A stretch of DNA of 63,701 nucleotides, filler included, from Folioceros fuciformis (lineage: Eukaryota): NCBI GenBank assembly GCA_049999805.1. It is 18 parts of 18 records of this genome, joined end to end, with 100 filler letters (N's around TTAATTAATTAA, not from the genome) between each part and the next. Parts side by side here need not be neighbours in the genome. Positions count along the whole stretch, not along the records: positions 24,358 to 39,548 come from JBNGIO010002734.1; 17 more parts are not named here. One strand, written 5' to 3'. Shown piece after piece: positions 24,358-37,100 of this stretch. The stretch's first letter is position 1. Each line of letters begins with the position of its first letter. The notes beneath the pieces were generated by a model. That model did not search any database, had not been told where the DNA came from, and saw only the letters and a program-made list of their open reading frames with translations. A program made the position numbers and the translations under genes.

Positions 24358-24621
24358 GAAGCTGGGACAGCAGCTGAGTTCCTACCGACCCAAACCTGGC
24401 CTAACGTTTAAGGAGCACGACGGAGCCCCTTCATTATTGCGCTCCAACAAGTCGGGCTCATTGTCGTCGGTAACTCTAGCCAAGGTCCGAATATGGTAGA
24501 AGTAGTCAGTGCGGGTATCACAACCATCCATTTCCCAGGACGATGAAATCCAAGGGAGCAATTCAGTGAAACCAGCTTTTTAGAAAATGTTGGCGTGAGG
24601 ACTGGGAAGGAGTATTTCTGA
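24358..24621 (-). repeat. Terminus of element family B (TCAGAAATACTCCTTCCCAGTCC...), copy 1
   Basis: 83 bp match (one mismatch) with 39466-39548 in inverted orientation. It interrupts a copia protease frame at KDKKLL. Confidence 0.85.
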
Positions 24622-25127
24622 AGGAGTTTCTTATCCTTTACCATAAAGGATGTACATGCAAAATCTATCGTCAGGTATCGTTTCACTTGTGTACTGTAGC
24701 ACGCGTGCGATACTTCTTCTGTTAGCGTTGCCTCCACAACCTCACCTTTACTCTCACCCTCCGTGAAATGTGAGGTCTTTCGATCCTTGCAATCCTTCTC
24801 ATAATGACCATACTTGAAGCATTTCCGGCATTGTCCCCTCTTCACTATTCTCTTGTCCTTCTGTCCCTGCGAGGACTCCTCCTGCTTGTCCTTGTTCCGG
24901 TTGTTCTGTCCCTTCCCCTTGATGAACATCGTATGCTCCGGACCAGTTGAAGATCCCGCCATTGCGTCCGATTGGCGAGTCTCCTTCGCCAACATCTTAG
25001 AGGTGGCCACCTCCCATGTGAGAGTGTCTTGGGCTACTAGGAAATCTATGAACCCTGACCAAGCTTCGGGCATCGAATGATATAGAAACATCTTCTTTAT
25101 GTCCTCTTGGATAGCAAAGCGCTCATT
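24622..25127 (-). mobile_element. Ty1/copia gag-protease fragment
   Basis: SMPEAW, CRKCFKYGHYEKDC knuckle, IDFACTSFM protease-like motif. Confidence 0.8.
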
Positions 25128-27625
25128 TGTGTTAAACTACACAGGTTAGCTTCTAAAGTCAATTAACACCTAAAGCTCGACTGACCCACACACACATGTC
25201 CAGTGCTTGGACCTTACCAAGCCCCCTTACTTCTCCCACCAGACGACCCCTCAACTACCCAGTCGCCCCAGGGAATACCTCCCCCTGGACTACTCTTGGT
25301 TGCCCACCGGGCTACCCTCCGTCGCTTTTCGAGCTACCTCCGTCACCTTTCGGGCGACGGTCGCCTGACGGTCTACCGCTCGTGGGTCCCACTCTCTCTT
25401 TCTCTCTCTCTCTCAATTCCCTCTCTCTAGGGTTTTCTCTCCCTAGGGTTTCCTCTCTCCCACCGGGTCGTTCCTACCTGACTGATTACCTCCTGCCCGT
25501 GCATCCCCTTTTGCGCTTCCCTTCCTTGGTTCACCACAAAACCGCCTCACTCACCTCAGGAACAAGCGCACGCACACATGAACAACAGCAATCTGTTGGA
25601 CGCCCTCCACCCGTGTGATCTCACACCTTAGATACACCCCTTGCGGTCTCAATTCAGCTTCTTCACAACCTCTCCAGTCTCATCGCAACTAGTCACACAT
25701 ACACACCACGTCTCGTTGCACCCCACACACATTACTCACCTCGCCTCCAGGGTTTCCCCGGCTTTGTTCTCTCTTACCCCACTCACTAGTTCTGTGTATA
25801 CGTTTTGCCCATCTTAACAGTCATCGAATCACTTCCACTCCACTTCACTTCCTGCTTCCACTCCTTCTGGCTTCCTTTCGCATTCGCTCTTACCCACTAC
25901 TCAGCCACTCGCTCCACCTCCTTCTCACACAAGCGCACTCTCGCGCTCTCCTTTCTCCTGTTCTTCAGTCTTCTATCTCAGCAATGCCCCTCCTGGGCTC
26001 CTATTAACGTTGAGGAATGGTGAGGTACCGGGGCTAAGGGAAGAGGAGTCCCTTCCACTCCGAACTCGCGGATTCGGCTCCGACACCCTAAACCCTAAAC
26101 CCTCCCACGTGACCACCTCGAGGATAGCGGGGGAGCCTCTCTCCCACTCGGCGAGGCTCCTCCTCCCAATTCGTCCCCAGACCTGATCACGGAGCGCCCA
26201 CCACCTACACCCGCACCCCAGGTTGCTCCGTGCGCTCGCTTGCCTAGACCTCCTGTCCAGCAACGGCTGTCGCTAGGTCCCTGCAAGGTCGACTGTTCGG
26301 CTGGTTCTTGCTGATTTCTTAGGTCTTCAAACCGGCCTCTTGTACATGGTGATGGCGGTTTTTTCCGCCATAAAGTCTGTCAGGCAGGGGAGCTGTGCTC
26401 TTAAATTCTGAGCAACTTAGGTCCGAATAAAGCACGCAAAATTTTTTTTATTCTAGCCTGCATTTACTATCGCCCTTTCCCACGCCGCTGGCGGCTTCCT
26501 CCTGGCCTTCGCGCGTCACCCCTTGCTGCTCCTCCTCTCGCTCTTCTGCCCCTCCGTTGGTCCGGCAGATCTTCCCAGAGGATCTCCACATCACTGGTGC
26601 TACTGTTGGACCTGGCTGGCGGCGCAGGTGGGTCCCGCCGCTGTGGTCCACCACTCCTCCTCCTTCTTTGGTTGCTGAGGACAGCCACAGGCCCCCGTTC
26701 TACCGAGCGCTGGGCCTCCTCTTCCGTCAGTTCCTCCAGAACTACCTCTGCATAGCAGTAGGGCAGGCCTGTCACCCATCAACTGTTGTGGTAGAGTCCC
26801 AAGCGCGTCCTCAACTGCAGGCCGTAGCCCCGCGTCCCTCCTGTGCGCATACGTACATACAGAAATAGCTTCAGAACCTTGGCCCCTTCTACATACAGGC
26901 CTGGCACATAGGAGGCCTCCTCCTCATACTGCAACACAATCCGACCTTCTATCATAACAGAGGTTCTTACCCCGTCCTCCCTTGGGCTACCTCGGGTTGC
27001 CTGCTCAGCCCTCACGCCCTGCACTATCTGCCCATCGTCCTAGCGCTTTCTCCTCCTTCAGCCGCTTCACGCTTCAAGTTACTCCCGCTCCCCGCGCTTT
27101 CGGATGCTGGACAGAGCTCCCCTTTCTCTAGGGTTTTTATGCCCTGCCTGCTTTCTCTCCTTACGGCCTGTCGGGCTACCACCAGTCGTCCCTCCGGGAA
27201 AGGTTGCCCTGCCGGCTACCGTCGCCCTGTCACCTCGGGCCCTTACTTTTGCCTAAGTCCGCAACTGGCCTGTTCCCTAATCATTTCTATTTCCTTATTT
27301 CTCAAAAAAAAAGGGGGGTAGCATATATAGAGACCTAAGGGGTCCCGGACCACCAAAGGCCAAGGACATACCCCACTCACCTACCTACAGACCTGATCCT
27401 TAATGTTCTCAATGACTCGAGGGCCAAGGAGGCACTCGCTCATTCCCCCTCCTTGTCCCGGTCTCCAGTACACCCCAAACCCCGAAGCCCAAGGGGGACT
27501 TTGGCTATAAACACCCTGGTCTTATTCACCTACTAAGCCGATTTGCCTATCCCTTCACAAAAAAAATCACAACCTGCTCATTCCGTCGCTCAAAATGGGG
27601 GTTCTGAAAGTTTTTTTCGTTCACA
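25128..27625 (-). mobile_element. Putative 2.5-kb LTR (TGTGAAC...AACACA) containing a conserved small ORF
   Basis: TGTG...CACA termini, GA-rich R/U5-like region, internal homology to 20250-21000. No TSD found. Confidence 0.5.
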
Positions 27626-27690
27626 GTCCCATATTGTGTGGGAACATTGAATGACCTCTTTATAAAGGACTAGATCCTTGGTTTCCTAAA

Positions 27691-29632
27691 TGGTATTAGA
27701 GCCATGTACTAGTGCCTAGTAGGCTTCTCCTAATTGAATGCTTGTGTCAAGTGTATTGCATAGTTCTTAGCTTGATGCTTGTGAGAACTAGCATGCAATA
27801 GTCAAACTCTTAGCCTTGTGCTTGTGAGAGTTTGTGCACAATTGCATAGCTCTTAGCCTTGAGCTTGTGTGCAATTGTGAAGGACTTGGTAGCAACCCTT
27901 CTAGTGTTTGAGAGTGTAGTGAGAGCATACAATAGATGGCGTCAACAAGCGTGGAGACAAGAAGACGCGCTTGGCGAAGAAGTTTGGAGGCAAGAACTTC
28001 ATATTGTGGAAGATGAAGATGAAGATGCTTCTCATTGAGAGAGGAGTATGGAAATTTGTCGACAAAGACCTCGAAGACACACCCACCGAAGAAGACCGCT
28101 TGATGGAGAAGTTTGGAGGCAAGAACTTCAAATTGTGGAAGTTGAAGATGAAGATGCTTCTCATTGAGAGAGGAGTATGGAAATTCATTGACAAGGGCCT
28201 CGAAGACACACCCACCAAAGGAGACCTTGATAAGGATGGACGAGCATTGGCGACAATCCTTCTCAATGTGTCTGACGGCATGCTCTCTCAATTGAGTGAG
28301 TGTGCATTATCGAAGAAAGCGTGGAGCACCCTTTGCAACATGTACAAAAAGAGAAGTATGGTGAATGAGATGTTGTTGGAGCAACAACTTTCCAACTTCA
28401 AGATGGTTGAAGGGGGACACCATTCAACAACACCTCAACAAGTTGAAGAACTTTGTGGATCAAATGAAGACGGCGGACATCAAACCATCAGAAGGAAGGA
28501 TCATTGTGGTGTTGTTGAGTAGCTTACCATCAATGTACAAGCAATTTGTGTTGACCTTCAAGACAGCGGCATCGATGCGTCCAAGCGACAAACAAGCAAC
28601 ATTGGAAGAGTTGGTTGGTTTGCTTGTACAAGAGGAGCTGGAGAAATCATTCAAGAATGAAGACAATGGTGACTTGGTGCTCTTTCCAAGGAAGGGAAAG
28701 TCACAAGGAAAGACCTCACAAGACAACTTTGGTGAAGGATCAAAGAGAAAGCTACAAAGAAGAAGACGTGGGGTGGTTGCCATTACTGTAAGAAACCTAA
28801 CCACTACGCAAAAGACTGTAGGACAAGATTGGCTGACTTGAAGAAGGGAAGACAGTCACAAGCCAACCAAGCAAGTGAGCGGGAAGAACATCTTTTTGCT
28901 GCTTCAACGATAGAGCAAGTGCGAGAGCGCTCATCAAAGAAGGATGAGAGTCTATATCTAGACTCTAGAGCATCTCAATACTTCACCTACAACCGACCTT
29001 GGATCTCAAGCTACAAAGAAATGCCGACAGGGCATAAGGTGGTGCTTGGAGACAATTGGTCACATGAGATCAAAGGGAAAGGCGTGATGAAGGTAAACCT
29101 ACCTAGAGGAGTATTTAAAGGTACTATTAAGGATGTACACCAGTACCTGGTCTTGCGAAGAATCTTCTTTCAGTAGCAAGAATTACTGACCCAAGAAATG
29201 AGATTGTGTTCAATTTGAAAGGATGCCGCATCCAACGCGAGCAACCCGAATCACCTACTGTCAAGGTGATAGCTCGAGGTGTTTGAGAAGGCAATCTCTA
29301 CAAGTTGTGTGCTTCTGTAGGAGATGAAGAAGCTTACATAATTGTGTCAAGCTCACCTTCATGAGGCATCAATGCTTAGGACACACCGGAGTGGACAACA
29401 TCAAGTTGATGAAGAGTCATCGAAAAGGCTTGGATTTAAAGGACGATGGAGAGGCGCAATTATGCCAAGGGTGCATAATGGGAAAACTTCATCGAACAAG
29501 TTCCCCAAGATTAGAGCTCGTCAAGCAACAAAGGTGTTGGAGCTTGTACACACCGATGTATGTAGACCAATGAAGAATCCTACCCATGGCAAAGTGCGCT
29601 ACATTCTAGTCTTCGTGGATGACTTCACAAGA
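27691..29632 (+). mobile_element. Ty1/copia host element, 5' part: PBS, gag, protease, integrase N-terminus
   Basis: PBS TGGTATTAGAGCC at 27691; KFGGKNF.LWK.KMKMLLIERGVW (duplicated), LLSSLP, CHYCKKPNHYAKDC, YLDSRAS, LELVHTDVC, VDDFTR. Confidence 0.92.
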
Positions 29633-30630
29633 GTCTTCGATCACCATGGTGGCTAACCGTCACAAATGAGGTTAGTGGGACCATCCTATGTCTCTCCTAT
29701 ATCCTTCAAGAACGCACACTCCCATTCAACTTCCTTTGTGGCATATTCAGCCTTAGTTCTAGAGAGGGCTATAATGGTCTGCTTCTTGCAGCTCCAATTG
29801 ACAGCTACTTGGGACAAGAGGAAAGCATGCGTGGAGAGGCTTTTTTTGGAGTCGCTATTAGAAGCCTAGTCTGCGTCGGTGAACCCTTGCAAAGATAAGT
29901 GCCTCTTACCACTGCTCCAGTAGCATAGGCCTATATAGTGAGTCCCTTTCAAGTATCGAAATATTCTCTTTACTGCAGTCTAGTGGGCACGACCAGGATG
30001 CTCTAAGAATGTGAAACAGTGCTGACTAAGTGCTGGATGTCAGGTCGTGTCTAGTTACTAACAAAGATTAGACTACCCACAGCGTGACGATATGGAATGT
30101 CCTGCATGTCCAGCTGGTCAGCATCAATTGTGGCACATTCATATCTTGTGAGCTTGGACCTACTGCACCTGGAGTAGTTGCTGGATATGCCTAGCCCATG
30201 TTGAACTTGTGCAGAATTTCTATAATGTATTTATGCTGGTGTATTATGAGCAGTCCCTCAGAGTGGACCCTTAACACCTGAATACCAAGGCAGAATAGGA
30301 GGTCTCCATTGTCAGTCATCTCAAATGTTTCCTTAATATGTCCTTAATGTGTGTGAGCAAGGATGTGTCATTGGCTGCAAGTATCACATTGTCTACATAA
30401 AGGGCAAGAATCACGTAAGTATCCCCTTTCTGCAACACATGCACATTTGAGTCTATTTGGCATTAGCGAAAGCCAAGGCCTTTAAGAGATTGAGATCGGA
30501 GCTTGTCTACATTCTCCAATTCAATCATTGTGATGTCATGATGGCATTGTGGTCGTAGTCACCATCTTGTGGTTGCGCTAGACCTGGTCATTGCCTTAAG
30601 GTGGACATCAAGAGCAGAGCTTTGATACCA

Positions 30631-30817
30631 TGATCGGATAGAACCATGCTTTATGTACAAGAGAATAGAAGCATATATCTAATTGAGAATAATATCTTAT
30701 ACAAAATGAATAAGTGTTGGTCTTATATACCAAGCAACCCTTCACTAAGTGACCTTTGGATATATAACCCTAACTAATATAATATAACCTAAGCGCTGTT
30801 AAGCTTATGCCCTAACA
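30631..30817 (-). repeat. 5' LTR (187 bp), inverted relative to its partner
   Basis: TGTTAGGGC...CCGATCA, closely similar to 31200-31387. Confidence 0.92.
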
Positions 30818-31199
30818 ATTGTCACTTCTCAGAGTCTTAAGACATTCTCCACTCTCGTCTTCCACCAAGGCCTTCCACATCTTGAATGTGGTGAACACCT
30901 CGGATTTTTCCGCTTCCATGCACGGATGAAACATATCAAGATTCCTACTTCATGCTTGGGAGCCATGGTTGTCAGTAGCAATAGACTGAGGATTTGCACG
31001 CAATTGCAAATGGCTGTAATGAAGGCAGCTTTCATCACAGTTCTATGATATTTGTAGCTATCCCTGCCAGCTTGGTCGCACAGGTGCGCACTTGATGGTA
31101 GTTGTTGAGCGTAATTGCCTCCTCCCCACAACCTGCCAGTGCCCGCTCCTCGTGACTAACCTTTGGATGCCTCCCCAAGCTCGTACGCATAAGGGAGGG

Positions 31200-31387
31200 T
31201 GTTAGGGCATAAGCTTAACAACGCTTAGGGTTATATTATGTTAGTTAGGGTTATATATCCAAAGGTCACTTAGTGAAGGGTTGCTTAGTATATGAGACCA
31301 ACACTTATTCATGTTGTATAAGATATTATTCTCAATTAGATATATGCTTCTATTCTCTTGTACATAAAGTATGGTTCTATCCGATCA
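31200..31387 (+). repeat. 3' LTR (188 bp)
   Basis: TGTTAGGGC...CCGATCA, preceded by PPT and followed by TSD ACAAT. Confidence 0.92.
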
Positions 31388-32124
31388 ACAATGGAGGGGA
31401 GTACATCTCATCTCAATTCAAAAGCTTTTGCAAGGAGTGTGGCATTTGGAGACAACTCATAATTCCTCACACGTCAGAGCAAAATGGAGAAGCGGAGCGC
31501 AAGCTAAGAAGCTTGGTGGAAGTGGCAAAATGCATGCTCCATCAAAGTGGGTTGGAGGTACGTTTTTTGGGAGAGGCTGTTGTTACAGCAACTTACATTT
31601 TGAATAGAGTTCCAACTAAGGCTGTGCTTGGAATGACTCCAGAGGAGGCATGGTCTAGTATCAAACTAAATGTAAGTTATTTTAGGATTTTTGGCTCTGT
31701 GGTTTATGCTCATGTTCCGAAGCAAAATTGAACTAAGTGGGATCCTAAAGGCACCTAATGCATCATGCTGGGGTACTCTAATGAGGTAAAAGGCTATAGG
31801 TTGTATAACCCTTCTACTAAGAAGATCATCTTCAGTAGAGATGTTGTTTTTCATGAAGTTGTGGAACCTAACAAAACAGTGGGAGCAACTCAAGTTGTTG
31901 TCGAGGAGCTGAGGCAACTAGATGAAGTCCCTCAAGACTTGGTTCCTAAACAGCATACTTTGGAGCAAACTCAACCTACTCCAGAGCGTAAGCAACATCG
32001 GCATCAAGACAATAGAGAAGATGAAGATGAAAAAACTCGAAGCGTGGAAGATGATGAAGAGGAGCAAGATCGAAGAATCCAGGAGGGACAACCAACCCAA
32101 CTTAGAAGATCAGCAAGGCGATAG
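31388..32124 (+). mobile_element. Ty1/copia host integrase, C-terminal part
   Basis: NGGEY, QNGEAERK, GEAV, LGYSNEVKGYRLY, FSRDVVFHE. Same family as 61291-61975. Confidence 0.92.
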
Positions 32125-32675
32125 AAACCTTCACACAAGATCTTGGAGTAACCTTCACACAAGATCTTGGAGTCCGTAAACACGTATAAGTATAAGTGGC
32201 TTTGTTAGGAAAGGCCCATGAGCTACAAACACAGATCCCAATCGTGATTGGGATTGGCAACAAAGCGGAACCTCTGAGGATTCTCAACCAATGCTTTCAC
32301 CGTCCCTGATCGACAATAGCACTCCTTTATAATGCTGACTGGGCCAGGTAGCTAAGAACTTGAGCGGTGCCATCAACAACAACGTCACTCGAGGTTGGGT
32401 TTGAAAACAGATGAGGAGCCTCTATGGATCCCAGATGGCTTCACCACATCCTCTAGTGGGCACAATCGCTTAATGGATTTGGAAGAAATCGCATGCCCCT
32501 GAAGTAAATTGGTACATCCAGCGCAAGATTTTGTATTCCTGCCCAACCTCTTCCACCGCACACGGACTGTGCTATGAACAAGCAGCAGCATCTAGTGGTT
32601 CAATACAATGCATTTGTAGTTAACATCGGCAATCTCGTTGGGGGAATCTTTCCTCCCCTGTCCTGCCCTTTCCTT

Positions 32676-34071
<1,396 letters not shown>

Positions 34072-34185
34072 GCTTTTGGTATCAGACTTGGCTGCGGAAA
34101 ATTGTTTCCTAGAGGACGCGGCCTGAGAAAGTGCGCGAAGGGGATGGCTCAGAAAGATACATCGATGAGCGAAAAGAATCGCAGA

Positions 34186-34192
34186 TTTTATA
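34186..34192 (-). promoter_or_regulatory. TATA box of the peroxidase gene
   Basis: CTATAAAA about 115 bp upstream of the ATG. Confidence 0.6.
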
Positions 34193-37100
34193 GCCCCGCG
34201 CAGGTGTAGCAGCCTGCTCCACCAGCTACTGATGACCATTGCCGCGCGCGTGTAGGTCTGAACTGATCAAACCTTATCACAAGCACAGTAGTAGGTGTGG
34301 CCTGACAACGCCACCTCCTCTCGCATTCATCAGGCCGCGCTTTTGGTTTTTCCTCTCTGGTACGTGGAATCAGATTTCTACGAAGGTGGAAGGAGACTTG
34401 CACGGAAGGCTGTGTCAGAGTGATACATACATACGGTTCTTAAGGCGTGGATGCTCTTCGCCGAGTCCAACAAAACTACGGTCTGGGCCTGTGTTGGACC
34501 CAAGCGACGACCCATGGCCCCACATCAAAATGGTCTTGACCTGGACTGCAAGCGAGCTCTCCCTGAGCAGCATCTGGAGCCGGTCGGCTTGTCAGACGAC
34601 TCGACTCTAGAAACTTCCACAGCAAGAGACGCTAGTTTCCCCTCCGCTAAACCCTGCTCAAGATCGCATCTTCGCCAAGTTTGTACATACACACTTCTGG
34701 ACAATCAATTTGCAGGGGATCTGGGTAGTGGAGCAGGGAGGTCAGTTACGGAGCTCAGTTGGTCCTCTTCACCTCACAGCATATTTTCGACAGCGGGTTT
34801 CTATCGTCCTTCAACGAGCGCTCGCTACGGCGATCCTTCACAAGGCAGCGACAGCAGGTGATGCAGTTTCCTCTACCCCGCGGTTTGCAGGCCGTTTATT
34901 CTCCCTGCATACGACATTGTGGGTGCAGTCGGTGACTTCAGGTAGGGAGCTCAGTTGCTCCTCTTCACCTCGACCTCCGGGTCCTTTTTGGTTTAAACCC
35001 TCCTAGATGGGCCCCTTCCATCGTTCTTTCATCACAATAAATCACACATGGCACCTACCGGGGGTAGTGGAGTACCAGTGATTGTGAGCATCGCGACGTG
35101 TCTTGCTTGGAGTGCACAGCACTGACGGATAAGGCTAGCCCAGGGCTACAACCAAAAGCGGCACCACTCTAGGGCAGCAGAAACACTTCCCGGACCCCAC
35201 AACCCACTCTTTCATGTTTCAGCATGACGTTCATGGTGTGTATGTATGTTTGTCGGAACCGTGGACCTGATGCATCTTTCCTGCTTACATGCAGGTGTGG
35301 CGTGTGGTGTCGGCTGTACAATCTTCGCTCCGGAAGGGTGCGCGACCAGGCAGTTGTGAACGTTTCTCCAATCTTTTTCAGGGTCAAAAGGGTGAAAGGG
35401 ACTATCTCACCGCACCCTCACGGAGCAAAAATCTCCCCATGTCAGCCGCACCTTACCCACCCCACGCACTATGAGTTCAGGTCACATTCGTGCGATTTGT
35501 TAATCCGTGTTGTTATTGGAGCCGTGATTGCAATGTCCATGGGATCCGTCCATGTCACAGAATCACAGCGTGTGCACACTGTCAGTTTGAAGTAAATTCA
35601 GCTTCCGACTACATGCACTGGGACGGGGACTGGAGAGAGTCCTCACAGTTATCAGAATTTCCTTCCTGCGCATTGTGGCTCTCCCATGGACCTTCCTTCC
35701 ATTGGACTGCGGAACTCCCATGGATGCCACTCGGCACTTGACAGACGCTGCTTACGGCTACTGCTAATACGACGAAGCCTCCACCTCGGCTCACGGCACA
35801 TCCTTTGTCGGCTTAGCGAGAATCTTGCTCAAGTGAGCAGGTATTACTTGAACAGCATCAGACAAGGTGCTGATGCCGATAAGTTCATGCTTCGAGGAAA
35901 TGCTACGGAATTCTAGAAAGTGGGCATGTATCGCAGCTGCTTCAGAGCACAGTGTGCCAGTCGTCCAATGAACTGACATGTCACGACAGCGTGGGTGGGT
36001 ACCACTTTTGTTCAGAGTATGTGTCGGTTAGCCGTCCTTACGTTTGATGCCATGGAAAAACAGCCTGTCAACCAGTAGCAGCCCTGCTTGTCCCTGTTTG
36101 CAGACAGACCACAGGTACGTGGAGATTCTGCCATCTGCAGGCTTCATATCATAGTCTTCTCATGTGCTCCGCAGCTCAAGATGTCGACTTTCGGAAATTG
36201 GAAGGGCAACTCAGACCCACAGGTGATGCGAATTCGAAGCCAATATTGCAGAAGCATTGAATCCAAATATGCCGGAAGTCGGTGCAGTGACTTGTGCAAA
36301 GAGTAGCAGGACACCAGAATCCTGCAGAATACAGTCTCCCAGAGCAGACCCATTGTGAGCAATAACGTTCAAGTGCAAAATACTACCATCATGGTTCAAC
36401 ACAGATTGCAAGATTTCCATTTCTTGGAGACTGAAAACCAAGAGCAAATCAGCATGAAATGGGTACCTCTGACTGAGTGCCAGGGTCCCATGCTTGCCAA
36501 AGCCAAGTTCTCGGTCCTTGTATTGCAATCATGGCAATTTGCCATAGGCAAGTCATGACATGACTTGCCAATGGAATACTCTTACCACATTGTGGTACGA
36601 GCACTCCGCAGTCTCCCCGACTGACTGCAGTCATCACCGTCCATGACACTCCTGTCAGTGGTTGAATGGCCAGTCCTGAGAACGAGATGCATTTCAAGGA
36701 ATTCCGAGAATCTAAGGCTATGGGTTCCAGCTACTAAACGAATGTTCCGTCTCTCAAGCCCATGGCCAGTGAGAAATAAACAAACTTGGGGGTTGCTTTA
36801 AAGAAGGCCGATTGAACCAGAACAATACATATGGTGAATCATACCATATAGCGTAGCCTGGAGATGGCATCAAGCAAACCTAAGGTTGAGGTGGTGAATC
36901 TTGTAATCAAGGCCACGCGAGACCTCTCTCACCTTCGAACCCTGCCAAACCGCAGTAACGGCCCTATATACAAATGACACTGACTAGGAACTCTGTTTTC
37001 TGACGTATATGAGCTGAGGATTACATGGATTGTGTTGAATCCCCTTTGAACGAGCTTTAGACGTTCCGTCCTTGTGCAAGAGTCTCGCAATGGTTTTGGC

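Larger units (their letters stand above)
29633..31387. mobile_element. Small non-autonomous copia (LTR-PBS-partial RT/RNase H-PPT-LTR) nested in the host integrase and partly inverted
   Basis: 5' LTR 30631-30817 (-) with PBS 30619-30630; 3' LTR 31200-31387 (+) after PPT AAGGGAGGG; TSD ACAAT at 30818-30822 (-) and 31388-31392 (+). Confidence 0.85.

Noticed and set aside
25128..27625. Clean solo LTR insertion
   Set aside because: No TSD (TCATT vs GTCCC) and the two flanks belong to different elements; kept only as a putative LTR.
35975..36070. miRNA hairpin in the duplicated block
   Set aside because: No extended complementary stem found by eye.
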